Below, piece by piece: positions 9,271 to 19,173 of a stretch of DNA of 55,306 nt (its first letter is position 1; the number at the start of each line of letters is the position of its first letter). The DNA is from Ktedonobacterales bacterium (lineage in GTDB: Bacteria > Chloroflexota > Ktedonobacteria > Ktedonobacterales > JADMIN01). The DNA is taken from contig JBKQTH010000034.1 of NCBI GenBank assembly GCA_052143275.1, positions 1-55,306 of the forward strand. The letters run 5' to 3'. The translations under genes were made by a program, and so were the position numbers. A model generated the notes under the pieces. It did not search any database and had not been told where the DNA came from. It saw only the letters and a program-made list of their open reading frames with translations.

Positions 9271-10194
9271 CTAGACATGTGCCGCGTGCGCCAGGATCCA
9301 ATCGGCCAGGTCAGCGTCAAGGGCCCCGCGCCCGGGTTCAAACTCAAAATCGTGGGCAAATCCGGGATACGTCTTCCACGTCTTATCCTTACTGCCCAGT
9401 TGCAGATAGCACTGCCGTGTCGCCGGCTGTACCAGGGTCTCGTCACCCTCGGTCTGGATGACAAGCGCGGGTGCACGCACTTTTCGAGCCTGCCCCAGCA
9501 CTCTTTGCCGCATCAGCGTTATCTGATAAAGAAACGATTGGCTCTGGTGACGCACCCAGTAGCTATCGGCATTGAGCAAGCGAACAGCTTCCGGCGAGCG
9601 TGTCATCTCCTGAGTTTGAACGTCACGCACAAAGAGGCGATCGGAGCCGCTGATTCCGCCCAGCATTATGCCCGCCATTGCAGTTGGCTTCACCTTTACC
9701 GAATCCTTGATCCAGGGATTTATCAGGATCAGTCCATGGAGCCATGGAGTCTGCACTTGGGCGTCGGCAGCGGCCACATAAATGGCAAAGACACCACCCA
9801 TACTGTGCCCACAGAGAAAAAGCGGCGCCTCGGGATGTAGCGACTTCACCCGGCCGAGGAAACTCTGAATGTCTCTCAGGTACATGGACCCGCGCCGCAC
9901 GTGACCGCGCCCACCTCCCGAGCGTCCAAACCCGCGATGGTCATCCATGTACACGTTGAGCCCACGGCTATTCAATTCATTGCCCATGTCGATAAACCAG
10001 CCGGTATGCGCTCCCAGTCCATGCAGGAAGACCAGCACCGGGGCGTGGGGGTCGGCGACACGCCAGTGCCGATAAAACACCTCGGTTCCGTCGGCCATAA
10101 CTAACGTGTCGGTTCCATAGCTGCCCGGAGGCGTGGCCTCCGGTATCCCCCAATCACCTACATTCTCTGCAATGTAGATAATCTCTTTTCCCAT
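9271..10194 (-). CDS. Alpha/beta hydrolase, lysophospholipase/monoacylglycerol lipase family
   Basis: FLHGLGAH, DHRGFGRS, GHSMGG, C-terminal catalytic His (YPGFAHD). Confidence 0.9.
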   Translation of the reverse strand: MGKEIIYIAENVGDWGIPEATPPGSYGTDTLVMADGTEVFYRHWRVADPHAPVLVFLHGLGAHTGWFIDMGNELNSRGLNVYMDDHRGFGRSGGGRGHVRRGSMYLRDIQSFLGRVKSLHPEAPLFLCGHSMGGVFAIYVAAADAQVQTPWLHGLILINPWIKDSVKVKPTAMAGIMLGGISGSDRLFVRDVQTQEMTRSPEAVRLLNADSYWVRHQSQSFLYQITLMRQRVLGQARKVRAPALVIQTEGDETLVQPATRQCYLQLGSKDKTWKTYPGFAHDFEFEPGRGALDADLADWILAHAAHV

Positions 10195-10267
10195 AGCAGG
10201 CTACCTTTCACAGCTTTGGGCCGGCATGCTCAGTGCGGCACCATTAAAAGCATTGCTGGAGAGCTGC

Positions 10268-11770
10268 TCACTTGGCTGGCGACTTCTCGGCCCGACTCTC
10301 ACTAATCTCCTGGTCTATAGCTCGCCGTACTTTTTGGGCAAGTTGATGCCCGGTATCCAACTCACCAGCTAAGCGTATAGCCGCGGTAAGCAAACCATTT
10401 TTCCCGCCGGCAGCCAGCGCAGTCGGTGTCGTCAGATACTCTTCGACCGCCGCCGCGGCCAGCACCAGGGGATGGAAAGTATTGGGCTTCGCCCCGCGCA
10501 CATCGTGGCTCGCCGCGGCGCTTCCGATGATTCCAGCCAGCGCGCGGGAGGAGTGGCCCATCTGCAGGTAGCGATGCGCAACTGCCACAGCGCTGGCACT
10601 GTCGCCGGATAGTAGCAGCTGCTCCAAGGTCCGAAGCATGCTGGCGGCAATGAGCCCACCCACCGGAGTCGAAGGGGCCGCACGCGACCCCTTCAGCGCC
10701 GCTGTCGAGCGGGCCGCACTCTGGGCCGCATTGACTGCGCTGGCAGCGGTGTACAGCAATGGCCAGATCCTTGGATCCTGAGTCTGGGTGGTGGCCACGT
10801 GTACCGAGTGGGTATAGAGCAGCACCTGCGCCGCTCGATATAATCCATCACTATCTCCGGCCGGCACACCATTCACCAGTTCGGCCGCCGCCAGCGAGAT
10901 TCCCGCTGCGACTCCCATGGGCGTAGCGCCTTGCTTCAGCGCCTTCAAGGTAGCCTCACAGGCCTCCTCCGCGCTTCCGGCAACCAATGAGTTCTGGTAA
11001 GCGAGACCTGCGGCCTCTTCTGTGGGGATGGAGAGTCGGGTGCGCAGCCAGCCCAGATCGTGGCCGGGGGCCATAGCATACTGGCGAGCGGCATCCTCAA
11101 CTGGTGTGCCGGGCGTAACCTCCACCATCAGCGGAGCAAACCAGTAGATGAAAGCCGGCATTTTATCGCCCCAGTCCGCCATGTCCAGCACGCGGCTGCC
11201 GGAGACCGCAAAGCTTAGCGGCCTGCCAACTTCGGGATATGAGAGTGCCAGAGTGGCGTAAATAGCAGTGAGCACGTTGCGATAGTCGGTTCCGGTAGCA
11301 TAGTAGCCTCGCAGTATCCGGCGCACAGTGTCGACATCCTGTGACACCAGAGATTCGCGGAGTGCACCAAGCGGTCCATCCGCATTCTTCACATCTCGAG
11401 GCATGAGTGGCTCAGGCATAGCTGGATGCGGCTCGACCAGACCCTGTCCCACCCGGCCGGCCACCGCCACAAATCCCTGGGTTAGCGGAAGCGCCGGTGC
11501 CAGGGCACGCCGCTCATCTGCGCCGGGTTCCGGCCCGATGGGCACCCATCGCATCCACTCGGCCACACGTCCCGCAACTGAAAGGGTTGATAACGCATAT
11601 CCATCTCCGCCGCCCCATGCCGCGGGAATGCCGACGTGTGCGGCCAGCTTCGTGGGAGGCACTTTCTGAGGACCAAGGAGAGCAAGCGTCTCGCCGATCA
11701 TGGTATCTTCTTCGCCGGAGACGATACTCTCAAGCAGAGACGAAATGTCCGCGCTAACGATGGTGACCAT
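10268..11770 (-). CDS. Hypothetical all-alpha protein, 500 aa
   Basis: Long ORF, AAGGAG RBS, co-oriented with neighbours; helical repeats, no catalytic motif recognised. Confidence 0.8.
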   Translation of the reverse strand: MVTIVSADISSLLESIVSGEEDTMIGETLALLGPQKVPPTKLAAHVGIPAAWGGGDGYALSTLSVAGRVAEWMRWVPIGPEPGADERRALAPALPLTQGFVAVAGRVGQGLVEPHPAMPEPLMPRDVKNADGPLGALRESLVSQDVDTVRRILRGYYATGTDYRNVLTAIYATLALSYPEVGRPLSFAVSGSRVLDMADWGDKMPAFIYWFAPLMVEVTPGTPVEDAARQYAMAPGHDLGWLRTRLSIPTEEAAGLAYQNSLVAGSAEEACEATLKALKQGATPMGVAAGISLAAAELVNGVPAGDSDGLYRAAQVLLYTHSVHVATTQTQDPRIWPLLYTAASAVNAAQSAARSTAALKGSRAAPSTPVGGLIAASMLRTLEQLLLSGDSASAVAVAHRYLQMGHSSRALAGIIGSAAASHDVRGAKPNTFHPLVLAAAAVEEYLTTPTALAAGGKNGLLTAAIRLAGELDTGHQLAQKVRRAIDQEISESRAEKSPAK

Positions 11771-11805
11771 ACTGGTGTGTTGCTCCTTTGTGAAATCAAC
11801 CGGTA

Positions 11806-12597
11806 TCAGTTACCGGTACCCTGCTCGCCGTCGTGCAGAGCGCGTATTTCACTGTCAATGGCCGGAATGTCGGCGTATTCCTCGTCGGCAAGCTTATAAG
11901 CGCGCTGAATATATAATTCTGCCAGCCGTGAGCTATGTGCATCCGAGCCGATTACCGCATCCACCAACTGGTTGGCGCGGTACTTTTCGGGCAAGGTACG
12001 AGCAAGCCGGCGCATCGACTCCGTTACTTCATGCTCCAGCCGCTGGTCATGACCATCTCTGGCGTAGCCCAGTTGCCCCACCATGCGAGCCAATTCCGCT
12101 AAGCGATCTCGCTCGGAGAGCACTCCAGCCAGAACTTCCTCGATGTTCAGGTCATCGAGCGGTGTACCTTCGCTCGGTGGCGAAACCGCTGCCACCACCG
12201 GCCAATGCTGTGAATATTCGGCGAAAAGCTGCGCGTAGGACTGGCAGGCCTCGGCTGCATAGGTCATGCGCTGGCCATCGTCCGAGATAAAGATAGTGCC
12301 AATATCGCACAGATCGTCACCTCTGCGCTCCGCCAGCTGGCGCAACTGGGCAAGTGGCGGAGCATCTTCAAGTATAGGCGGTATCGGCACGACACTCATG
12401 GCCTGTGGATCGTGCAGCCCTTCCAGAGATAGCTGGCCGGCCAGCATGGGAGGTAGAAACTTGCCGATCGAGAATTGTATGGGTAAGACAACACAATAGG
12501 TTGCCAGCACTTGGTTGGGATCATTGCCAGCATGGGCATAAACAATTGCATGCCCGCGTGGCGCCTGAGGATCACCCAGGTCAAAGCTCAGCTGCAT
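11806..12597 (-). CDS. Conserved hypothetical protein, 263 aa
   Basis: GAGGAGG RBS, protein-like composition; C-terminal LADEEYADIPAIDSEIRAL resembles a UVR-type helix pair. Confidence 0.8.
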   Translation of the reverse strand: MQLSFDLGDPQAPRGHAIVYAHAGNDPNQVLATYCVVLPIQFSIGKFLPPMLAGQLSLEGLHDPQAMSVVPIPPILEDAPPLAQLRQLAERRGDDLCDIGTIFISDDGQRMTYAAEACQSYAQLFAEYSQHWPVVAAVSPPSEGTPLDDLNIEEVLAGVLSERDRLAELARMVGQLGYARDGHDQRLEHEVTESMRRLARTLPEKYRANQLVDAVIGSDAHSSRLAELYIQRAYKLADEEYADIPAIDSEIRALHDGEQGTGN

Positions 12598-12761
12598 ACC
12601 TGTCCCTCCTCATTATCATCAGCAGTACGTTGATGATTCTGCATGGCGCTCATCTCGCCGCGACAAGGCCTCACTCCACAACATGGTATCATACCCGCAG
12701 CGGTGTCTCCATGCAAGCAGCAGAACCTCTCCGTGTAGTTAAGACCAGCAAAGGAGTAACC

Positions 12762-13466
12762 ATGCTCTTTCTCTTTGATATCGACGGAACGCTCCTACGC
12801 GGCATGCCGCCATTGCACCGGATGGCGCTCTGCGACGCCGCACTCCGGGTCTACGACGCACGCCTTACACCCACTGAGCTGGGACAGACCGCGGGAATGA
12901 CCGATAGGTTGATCATCAGCCGTTCGCTACGTCTCACCGGTATCTCGGAAGCTACCATTAATGCCAATTTGTCCCTTTTTTGGCGAGAGGCAGCCGCCGC
13001 TTATGAAGAACGGCTAGCTGTGTTAGATCTCCGGCCCTACCATACTCCCTATGCCCAGTCTACGCTGGATTGGCTGCGGGCGGCTGGCGCCTTCCTGGGC
13101 CTGGTAACCGGTAACATGCAGTCGATTGCTTGGGCGAAGCTAGATGCCGCGCAGCTATCAGAGTATTTCATCGCCGGCGGTTTCGGCGATGAAGCAGAGG
13201 AACGCGAAAGATTGCCGCCGCTCGCTCTCGCGCGCATGGAAGAGGGCTGCAGCCGGAGCTTTCACTCCGAGCCAATATTTGTAATCGGTGACACCCCTGA
13301 CGATGTCCGCTGTGGAGCGGCCTGTGGTCTATCTACCATCGCCGTGGCCACCGGACCAACCCATGCGCGTGAAGAGTTGCAGGCGGCCGGCGCCAATTAT
13401 GTCATCGACGATCTAAGTGAGCTGGCATCGCTCCCACTCCTCGCGGGAACGAGCGTCCTTCTCTAG
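12762..13466 (+). CDS. HAD-family hydrolase (phosphoglycolate phosphatase-like)
   Basis: LFDIDGTL, LVTGN, VIGDTPDD; start at ATG 12762 after AAGGAG. Confidence 0.92.
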   Translation: MLFLFDIDGTLLRGMPPLHRMALCDAALRVYDARLTPTELGQTAGMTDRLIISRSLRLTGISEATINANLSLFWREAAAAYEERLAVLDLRPYHTPYAQSTLDWLRAAGAFLGLVTGNMQSIAWAKLDAAQLSEYFIAGGFGDEAEERERLPPLALARMEEGCSRSFHSEPIFVIGDTPDDVRCGAACGLSTIAVATGPTHAREELQAAGANYVIDDLSELASLPLLAGTSVLL

Positions 13467-13824
13467 TCTAGCGTCCCTCTCTCGTCTATGGATGGGGCCG
13501 GCTACCCAGGCTAGTCGCCGTATTATCCTTCGCTGGGGTGTTGCCAGCGCGCTGTACCCAAGAGACAGGTACGCAGAATCCCTAGCACCGCCGGCGCATC
13601 ACGTATATCACCGCTTTCGATCTTTTCAATCTCGACAATTGTTCCTTCCCACTCATTGTCCAGTGCCTGCGATGCATCTTACCGCACATCTCGCATCGAT
13701 CATATGATATGGTGGAAGCAGCGTCACGGCCAGCTAGTGCCGCTGGCCCGATCACCGACCAAGATTGGGAGCGACTCGTATAGAAGCGCAAACACTACTG
13801 CAGCCACTCTAAGGGGACAGAGCC

Positions 13825-14751
13825 TTGCCAGAGCAAGCGTCTGAAATAGATGATATACCGTGTACTGCTGAGATAGACACACTGGTTGAACCGGCGGAGC
13901 TGCTCAAGGAAGGCCGAATACCCGGGAGTCCAGCGTACGATAGCGATACCACTCCGGGAATCGGCTGGCTTACCGCCACTGGACTTGCCGAAGGTGGACT
14001 GCTGGCGGATGTTGGTATAGTGCTTGATCTCGCCTCTATTTATCTTCCTCTGGTGGGAACCATACTCTCGTTTGCGGTCCCAACTCCGTTTGCCATCCTC
14101 ATGCTTCGGCGGGGCACTCGAGTTACATTGCTCGCGGCAGCGGTTGCCACATTTCTCATTACCGTGCTCAGCGGCCCTCACTTTGGCTGGCGCATGGGTC
14201 TCGAAGCCATCTTGGGTCTACTACTGGGCTGGGCGATGCGCTCGCGTATGCGCCCTATCTTGGCCTTTGCCGGAGGGACGCTGTTGGTGGCCGCCGTCAC
14301 CTTCGTGGCCGCTCTAGGTGTTATCCTGGTAACCGGTCTTCCCATCTCCGATGTCGTAAGTGAGTTACGTAACGCCATGGCATCTGCAGCTGGGCTGGTA
14401 GCCGCCGGTGCTGCCGCCTTCGGCTTCGAGAGCCAATGGCTTGCCATCCGCCCTTCGCTGGTTGCGGTGGGTCTCCTGGGACTACACGTGTGGCCGATAC
14501 TCCTTTTTCTGACAGTTGCAGCCAGTGCCTTTCCAGTAGTCGCTTGCTACTATGCGCTGGCCAATGCCACTGCTCAGGTTTTGGGACATGACGTCCGGGC
14601 ATTTCCTCCGCGTAGCTTCATGCATATAGTACGGTTGGTAGTACTGCTAGTTACTCTGCCTATTGCTTTACCGCTGCGGGCACTGGGCTGGCTGCTCCAC
14701 CAGGTCCACAAGGATCAGAAAGTCGAGAGTGGGAGCCCTGAGGATGATTAA
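13825..14751 (+). CDS. DUF2232/YybS-like membrane protein, probable ECF substrate-specific component
   Basis: AEGGLLADVGIVL...PTPFAILMLRRG pattern, multiple TM helices, first gene before ecfA-A'-T. Confidence 0.7.
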   Translation: MPEQASEIDDIPCTAEIDTLVEPAELLKEGRIPGSPAYDSDTTPGIGWLTATGLAEGGLLADVGIVLDLASIYLPLVGTILSFAVPTPFAILMLRRGTRVTLLAAAVATFLITVLSGPHFGWRMGLEAILGLLLGWAMRSRMRPILAFAGGTLLVAAVTFVAALGVILVTGLPISDVVSELRNAMASAAGLVAAGAAAFGFESQWLAIRPSLVAVGLLGLHVWPILLFLTVAASAFPVVACYYALANATAQVLGHDVRAFPPRSFMHIVRLVVLLVTLPIALPLRALGWLLHQVHKDQKVESGSPEDD

Positions 14752-14778
14752 TGTAGGGGTAACCAGGAGTAGCCAAGC

Positions 14779-15663
14779 ATGGAGCCGCCGGTGATTACGC
14801 TTGATGATGTCACATACTACTATCTTGGTTCTGATATAGGCGCGCCGCCGGTCGCCAACCACCGACCGGCCCTGGACGGAGTCACTTTACAGATCAACCG
14901 AGGTGAGTATATCGCACTGCTGGGACACAACGGCAGTGGGAAATCTACGCTGGCACGGCTCTTCAACGGGCTCTATCTCCCGACTAGAGGACAAGTATTG
15001 GTCGCCGGATTGGACACACGCGTGGCCTGGGCGCGCAAAACCATACGTGAGCTGGTAGGGATGATCTTCTCCGACCCCGATAACCAGATCATTGCCACTG
15101 TGGTCGAGGATGATGTGGCCTGGGGACCGGCGGCACGCGGTTGGTCGCTAACCCAGATCCATGAGCGAGTCGACCGGGCGCTGTCAGCGGTAGGCCTGGA
15201 AGAGTTGCGGCGAGAGTCGCCTTCTCAGCTCTCTGGCGGGCAGCGACAACGTTTGGCTATCGCTGGCGTGCTGGCGCTTGAGCCTGAATGTATCGTAGCC
15301 GACGAGCCCACCGCTCTCCTGGACCCGCTGGCCCGTTATGAAGTGGTTAGCCTGCTTCATGATCTGTGCCGCAGACGGGGGCTAACCATCATTCACGCAA
15401 CCCACTTACTCGAAGAAGCTGCGCTCTCGGACCGGATTATCGTGCTGGACTGTGGCCGCATCTCTCTCACCGGTACGCCGGCGCAAGTTTTCGCCGATCT
15501 CGACCGACTGCGTGGACTACGTCTCAATATACCGGACGTTGCGCTGCTGGCCGAGCAGCTGCGCGCTCTTGGTGTGGCCCTACCGGAGGATGCCCTTACC
15601 CCCGAGGCCCTGATTTCGGCATTGGAGTCGCGTGCCGCGCAAGTTGGAGGGGGGCACCTTTGA
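14779..15663 (+). CDS. ecfA1: ECF transporter ATPase EcfA1
   Basis: GHNGSGKST, PDNQII...VEDDVAWG, LSGGQRQR, DEPTALLD. Confidence 0.92.
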   Translation: MEPPVITLDDVTYYYLGSDIGAPPVANHRPALDGVTLQINRGEYIALLGHNGSGKSTLARLFNGLYLPTRGQVLVAGLDTRVAWARKTIRELVGMIFSDPDNQIIATVVEDDVAWGPAARGWSLTQIHERVDRALSAVGLEELRRESPSQLSGGQRQRLAIAGVLALEPECIVADEPTALLDPLARYEVVSLLHDLCRRRGLTIIHATHLLEEAALSDRIIVLDCGRISLTGTPAQVFADLDRLRGLRLNIPDVALLAEQLRALGVALPEDALTPEALISALESRAAQVGGGHL

Positions 15664-16553
15664 GCATCGTGGTAGAGAACCTTACCCATATCTATGATGA
15701 CCATACTCCTGCCGCCCGAACCGCGCTGCACGACGTCAGCCTCCGTATTGAGGATGGTTCGTGCACGGCAATTGTAGGGGTTACCGGCTCAGGAAAATCG
15801 ACTCTAGTGCAACATTTCAATGGGCTGCTGAAACCCACGGCCGGACAGGTTCAGATAGGCGACATAGTAGTCTCCAGCGAGCGGTCGCTTGGTCGAGATC
15901 TAAGGCGCCTACGGCGTGAGGTAGGGTTATTGTTTCAGTTCCCCGAAACTCAGCTCTTTGCTCCGACGGTCTACGATGATGTCGCCTTTGGGCCACGACA
16001 GCTAGGCGTTAGCGAACCCCGTCTTCGCCGGCAGGTGACCCACGCTCTAGCTTCAGTGGCGCTGGACACCAGCAGCGCCTTTCTGGAGCGTTCGCCTTTT
16101 GCGCTCAGCGGCGGCCAGCGTCGTCGCGTGGCGATAGCTGGCGTGCTGGCAATGCGCCCACGGGTACTGGTGCTTGACGAGCCCAGTGCGGGGTTGGATG
16201 CCGAGGCACGAGACGAACTGTATGCCCGCCTGGCCGAACTTCGCCACACCGATGGCTTGACCCTGGTATTTATCTCGCATGACATGGCGGAGGTCGCCGC
16301 CCTTGCCGATCTGGTATTTGTCATGGATGCCGGATGCCTCAAATTCTCCGGCACTCCCGAGGATATCTTTCGCCATCCCGGCGACCTCATTGCCTGCGGG
16401 CTCATACCGCCGCCGCTGGCCCAGGTAATCATGTTGGCCAATCTGCGTGGATGGAACATTGAGCCCGACCACTTCACACCGGAGTGCGTAGCTAAGGCGC
16501 TGGCAGATCACCTGCCGCACTGCGATGGCAAGTCGCCGGAGCATGTGTCGTGA
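15660..16553 (+). CDS. ecfA2: ECF transporter ATPase EcfA2
   Basis: GVTGSGKST, FQFPETQLF, SPFALSGGQRRR; TTG start overlapping the ecfA1 stop. Confidence 0.92.
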   Translation: MSIVVENLTHIYDDHTPAARTALHDVSLRIEDGSCTAIVGVTGSGKSTLVQHFNGLLKPTAGQVQIGDIVVSSERSLGRDLRRLRREVGLLFQFPETQLFAPTVYDDVAFGPRQLGVSEPRLRRQVTHALASVALDTSSAFLERSPFALSGGQRRRVAIAGVLAMRPRVLVLDEPSAGLDAEARDELYARLAELRHTDGLTLVFISHDMAEVAALADLVFVMDAGCLKFSGTPEDIFRHPGDLIACGLIPPPLAQVIMLANLRGWNIEPDHFTPECVAKALADHLPHCDGKSPEHVS

Positions 16554-16605
16554 AGGCTGGAACTGGCTGGCAACCATTTTCCGCCGGCAACGTAGGGGGT
16601 AAAAA

Positions 16606-17472
16606 GTGCTGAACAATCTTCCGGTTGGAATCTATATACCTGGCCAGACACCTGTGCACCGGCTGCGCGCTCGTACCAAGCTCCTGGTGCTGATCTGGAT
16701 GGCGCTCCTGTGCTTTCTGGCTAATCACCGGACTTTTCACTATGGAGCCTACATAGCGGCCTTTAGCTTAATAGGGCTTGGACTACTGCTAGCACAGGTA
16801 AACCTGCACTATATCTGGAAGCGTATGCGACTTTTGGTGATACTCCTCTTGATCGGCATACCCTTTTCGCTGATGTTTACTCCCGGAAGTACCTGGCATA
16901 CGTTCGGTCCGCTCATGCTTCACTTCGACCAGTTGCTCGGTCTGCGAGATGTCTCGCTTGCGCTGGGTCCGGTGGTGGTAACCTACGATGGCATTTGGTT
17001 CGTGATTTCATTTGGCGCGATCTTTTTGCTGCTCTATCTAGGCTCGCTGACCCTCACGCTGACTACCACGCCGGTGGCTCTGGCAGAAGGCATCATGTTG
17101 CTTCTACGTCCCTTGCGCCGGCTGGGACTTCCAGTTGAGGAATTCGGGCTTATGACAATGGTTTCGCTCCGCTTTATCCCGGTGCTTATACAAGAAGCCG
17201 AGCAACTGATGAACGCGCAAATTTCGCGCGGAGCCGACTTCACCACTGGCTCTATAGGCGCCCGCATTAGACGGCTGGGAAGTCTGCTGGTACCCCTGAT
17301 TCAGGGAGCCTTGCGCCGAGCTGGTAACCTCTCATCGGCGCTCGAGGCCCGAGGCTACGGCACAACCGGGCAGGCCACTCTACTGCATGAAGGCCCGCTG
17401 CGACTGGCGGACTGGGCGGTGCTTCTGGGCGTGCCGCTGATTACCGGGCTGGCCTACTGGAAGTTACTGTGA
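16606..17472 (+). CDS. ecfT: ECF transporter transmembrane component EcfT
   Basis: VHRLRARTKL, LRFIPVL, AQISRG, LEARGY. Confidence 0.92.
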   Translation: MLNNLPVGIYIPGQTPVHRLRARTKLLVLIWMALLCFLANHRTFHYGAYIAAFSLIGLGLLLAQVNLHYIWKRMRLLVILLLIGIPFSLMFTPGSTWHTFGPLMLHFDQLLGLRDVSLALGPVVVTYDGIWFVISFGAIFLLLYLGSLTLTLTTTPVALAEGIMLLLRPLRRLGLPVEEFGLMTMVSLRFIPVLIQEAEQLMNAQISRGADFTTGSIGARIRRLGSLLVPLIQGALRRAGNLSSALEARGYGTTGQATLLHEGPLRLADWAVLLGVPLITGLAYWKLL

Positions 17473-19123
17473 AAGCCCTGTATCTATCTGCGGATTGAGG
17501 GCCCTGCGCCGTCTGCGCCGTCTGCGGCGTATGCGGCTCTTTCATGTACAGAGCGTTACCTCCACCGAAACCCTGAATCTCGGTAAAGTTCGACTGTACC
17601 CAGCTGCTAAATCCGGGGATCAAATCGAAGCGACCGCTGGCAAAAAGTATGACCCGTATATCATATTTGCTGATAACAGCCTCCACTTCGGAGGCGGTAA
17701 GGTAGCCACTGAGAATGCGCACCTGTGAGGTGTCGACCAGCTGTGGAGGAACATTCCGGTCGGCCAGTCCAGCAATATACTGATCATCGCTGGCCACCAG
17801 ATCGCCGGGAAGAGTTGCTGCCTGCAGGGCTGATGCCATCTCCACACTCGCCTGCGGCAGTGGGGTTACGGCGTCCCGGTGAGCGCCGACCCCGCCGATG
17901 AGCAGGGTTAGCAGCAGCACCGCCGCCGTGAGCAGTACATACATCTCATCAGGTGTCCACTCCCCCATACGAGGAATGCTCAGCCTGGGTAGCCCAGTTG
18001 TAGCCGGCTGGTAGTGATAGAGAATTAAGCTGGCCAGCAGAACTAGCGGCGGAACGAGCAGAATGCGGTCATGGTCGAAGAGGGGCTGCTCCCTTAGCAG
18101 AAAGGCAAAGCAGGCCAGGAACCAGAGCAGCGGCGGTAGAATGACCCAGGCACGCCGGGAAATAGCGACCAGGCACGAAACCAGGGCCAGGAGGGCCAAT
18201 GGATACTCGGAGGGAAGGTCTAACAGCAGCTTTACGTTATAGCCCAGGGTCCTTGCCGCATACTGGCTAGCCGCCAGGTGGTACCGGATGACCTGGTCGT
18301 AGAGAGTGCCCCAGCTTCCAACAAACGGTAGCAAAACCACCAAAAAGGCCAGCAGGCTACCGGCGATCAGCAAGCCAAGATCTTGCAGAATTGGAGCTAG
18401 GGCAGGCTTAAGCGTGTCCCAGCCGCGAAAGCGCAGACGATTCCCCTCAATGTACCAGGCTGCAGTCACTGGAGCAAGCAGGTAGAGAACGATTGGGATC
18501 AATACGAAGGCATCAAACAACTTGACCAGGATTCCGAGACCTAGCGCCACGCCTCCCGCCAGAACCAGGAAGTGTCGGCGCGCACTTTGCGATGGCAGCG
18601 AACGCGAAGCTGCTACCACCAGCGCTAGAGCCACTAGCTCCCAGGCCAGCGAAGGCGCCTCAGCCTGGAGTGTATACGATTCTTTCAGGTAGAAGGGATC
18701 TAGAGCCAGCAGAGCCAGCGCCAACAACCCAACCCAGCGGCCGCCGATCATACGGGCGGCGAAATAGACGGCGACAAGGCCCATGAGCGAGTACAGCGCA
18801 ATTGCCAGACGCGCCGCCGCCAGAGTCGGGCCCGAGAATAAAGCGAAGAGGCGGTATAGTGGGTAGATCGAGAGCAGGAAGAAGGGGGGCTGCGAGCTAA
18901 AGATGCTGGTAAAGAGCGGGTAGCCGTTGCTCATAGCTCGCAGCGATTGCCAGTATACGCCCTCGTCGTAGTCGGTTTCGATACCACCTAGCGGCAGCAA
19001 CCGCAGTGCCAGGGCAATGACGCAGAGCAAGACTGCCAGACGCGCGGAAATAGGCACCCGAGCAAACCAGCCCACCAAGCTAGAGGCGGATGATTTCTTA
19101 GCTACACTGCTGGTCTGGCTCAC
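17441..19123 (-). CDS. GT-C fold membrane glycosyltransferase (PMT_2/ArnT-like)
   Basis: DYDEGVY, SQPPFF, many TM helices, GILVKL. Confidence 0.82.
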   Translation of the reverse strand: MSQTSSVAKKSSASSLVGWFARVPISARLAVLLCVIALALRLLPLGGIETDYDEGVYWQSLRAMSNGYPLFTSIFSSQPPFFLLSIYPLYRLFALFSGPTLAAARLAIALYSLMGLVAVYFAARMIGGRWVGLLALALLALDPFYLKESYTLQAEAPSLAWELVALALVVAASRSLPSQSARRHFLVLAGGVALGLGILVKLFDAFVLIPIVLYLLAPVTAAWYIEGNRLRFRGWDTLKPALAPILQDLGLLIAGSLLAFLVVLLPFVGSWGTLYDQVIRYHLAASQYAARTLGYNVKLLLDLPSEYPLALLALVSCLVAISRRAWVILPPLLWFLACFAFLLREQPLFDHDRILLVPPLVLLASLILYHYQPATTGLPRLSIPRMGEWTPDEMYVLLTAAVLLLTLLIGGVGAHRDAVTPLPQASVEMASALQAATLPGDLVASDDQYIAGLADRNVPPQLVDTSQVRILSGYLTASEVEAVISKYDIRVILFASGRFDLIPGFSSWVQSNFTEIQGFGGGNALYMKEPHTPQTAQTAQGPQSADRYRAFTVTSSRPAR

Positions 19124-19173
19124 TATTAGTACTCTCTTTTCTGTGACATCAGCCTAATGGTGGTGGGCTCGGA

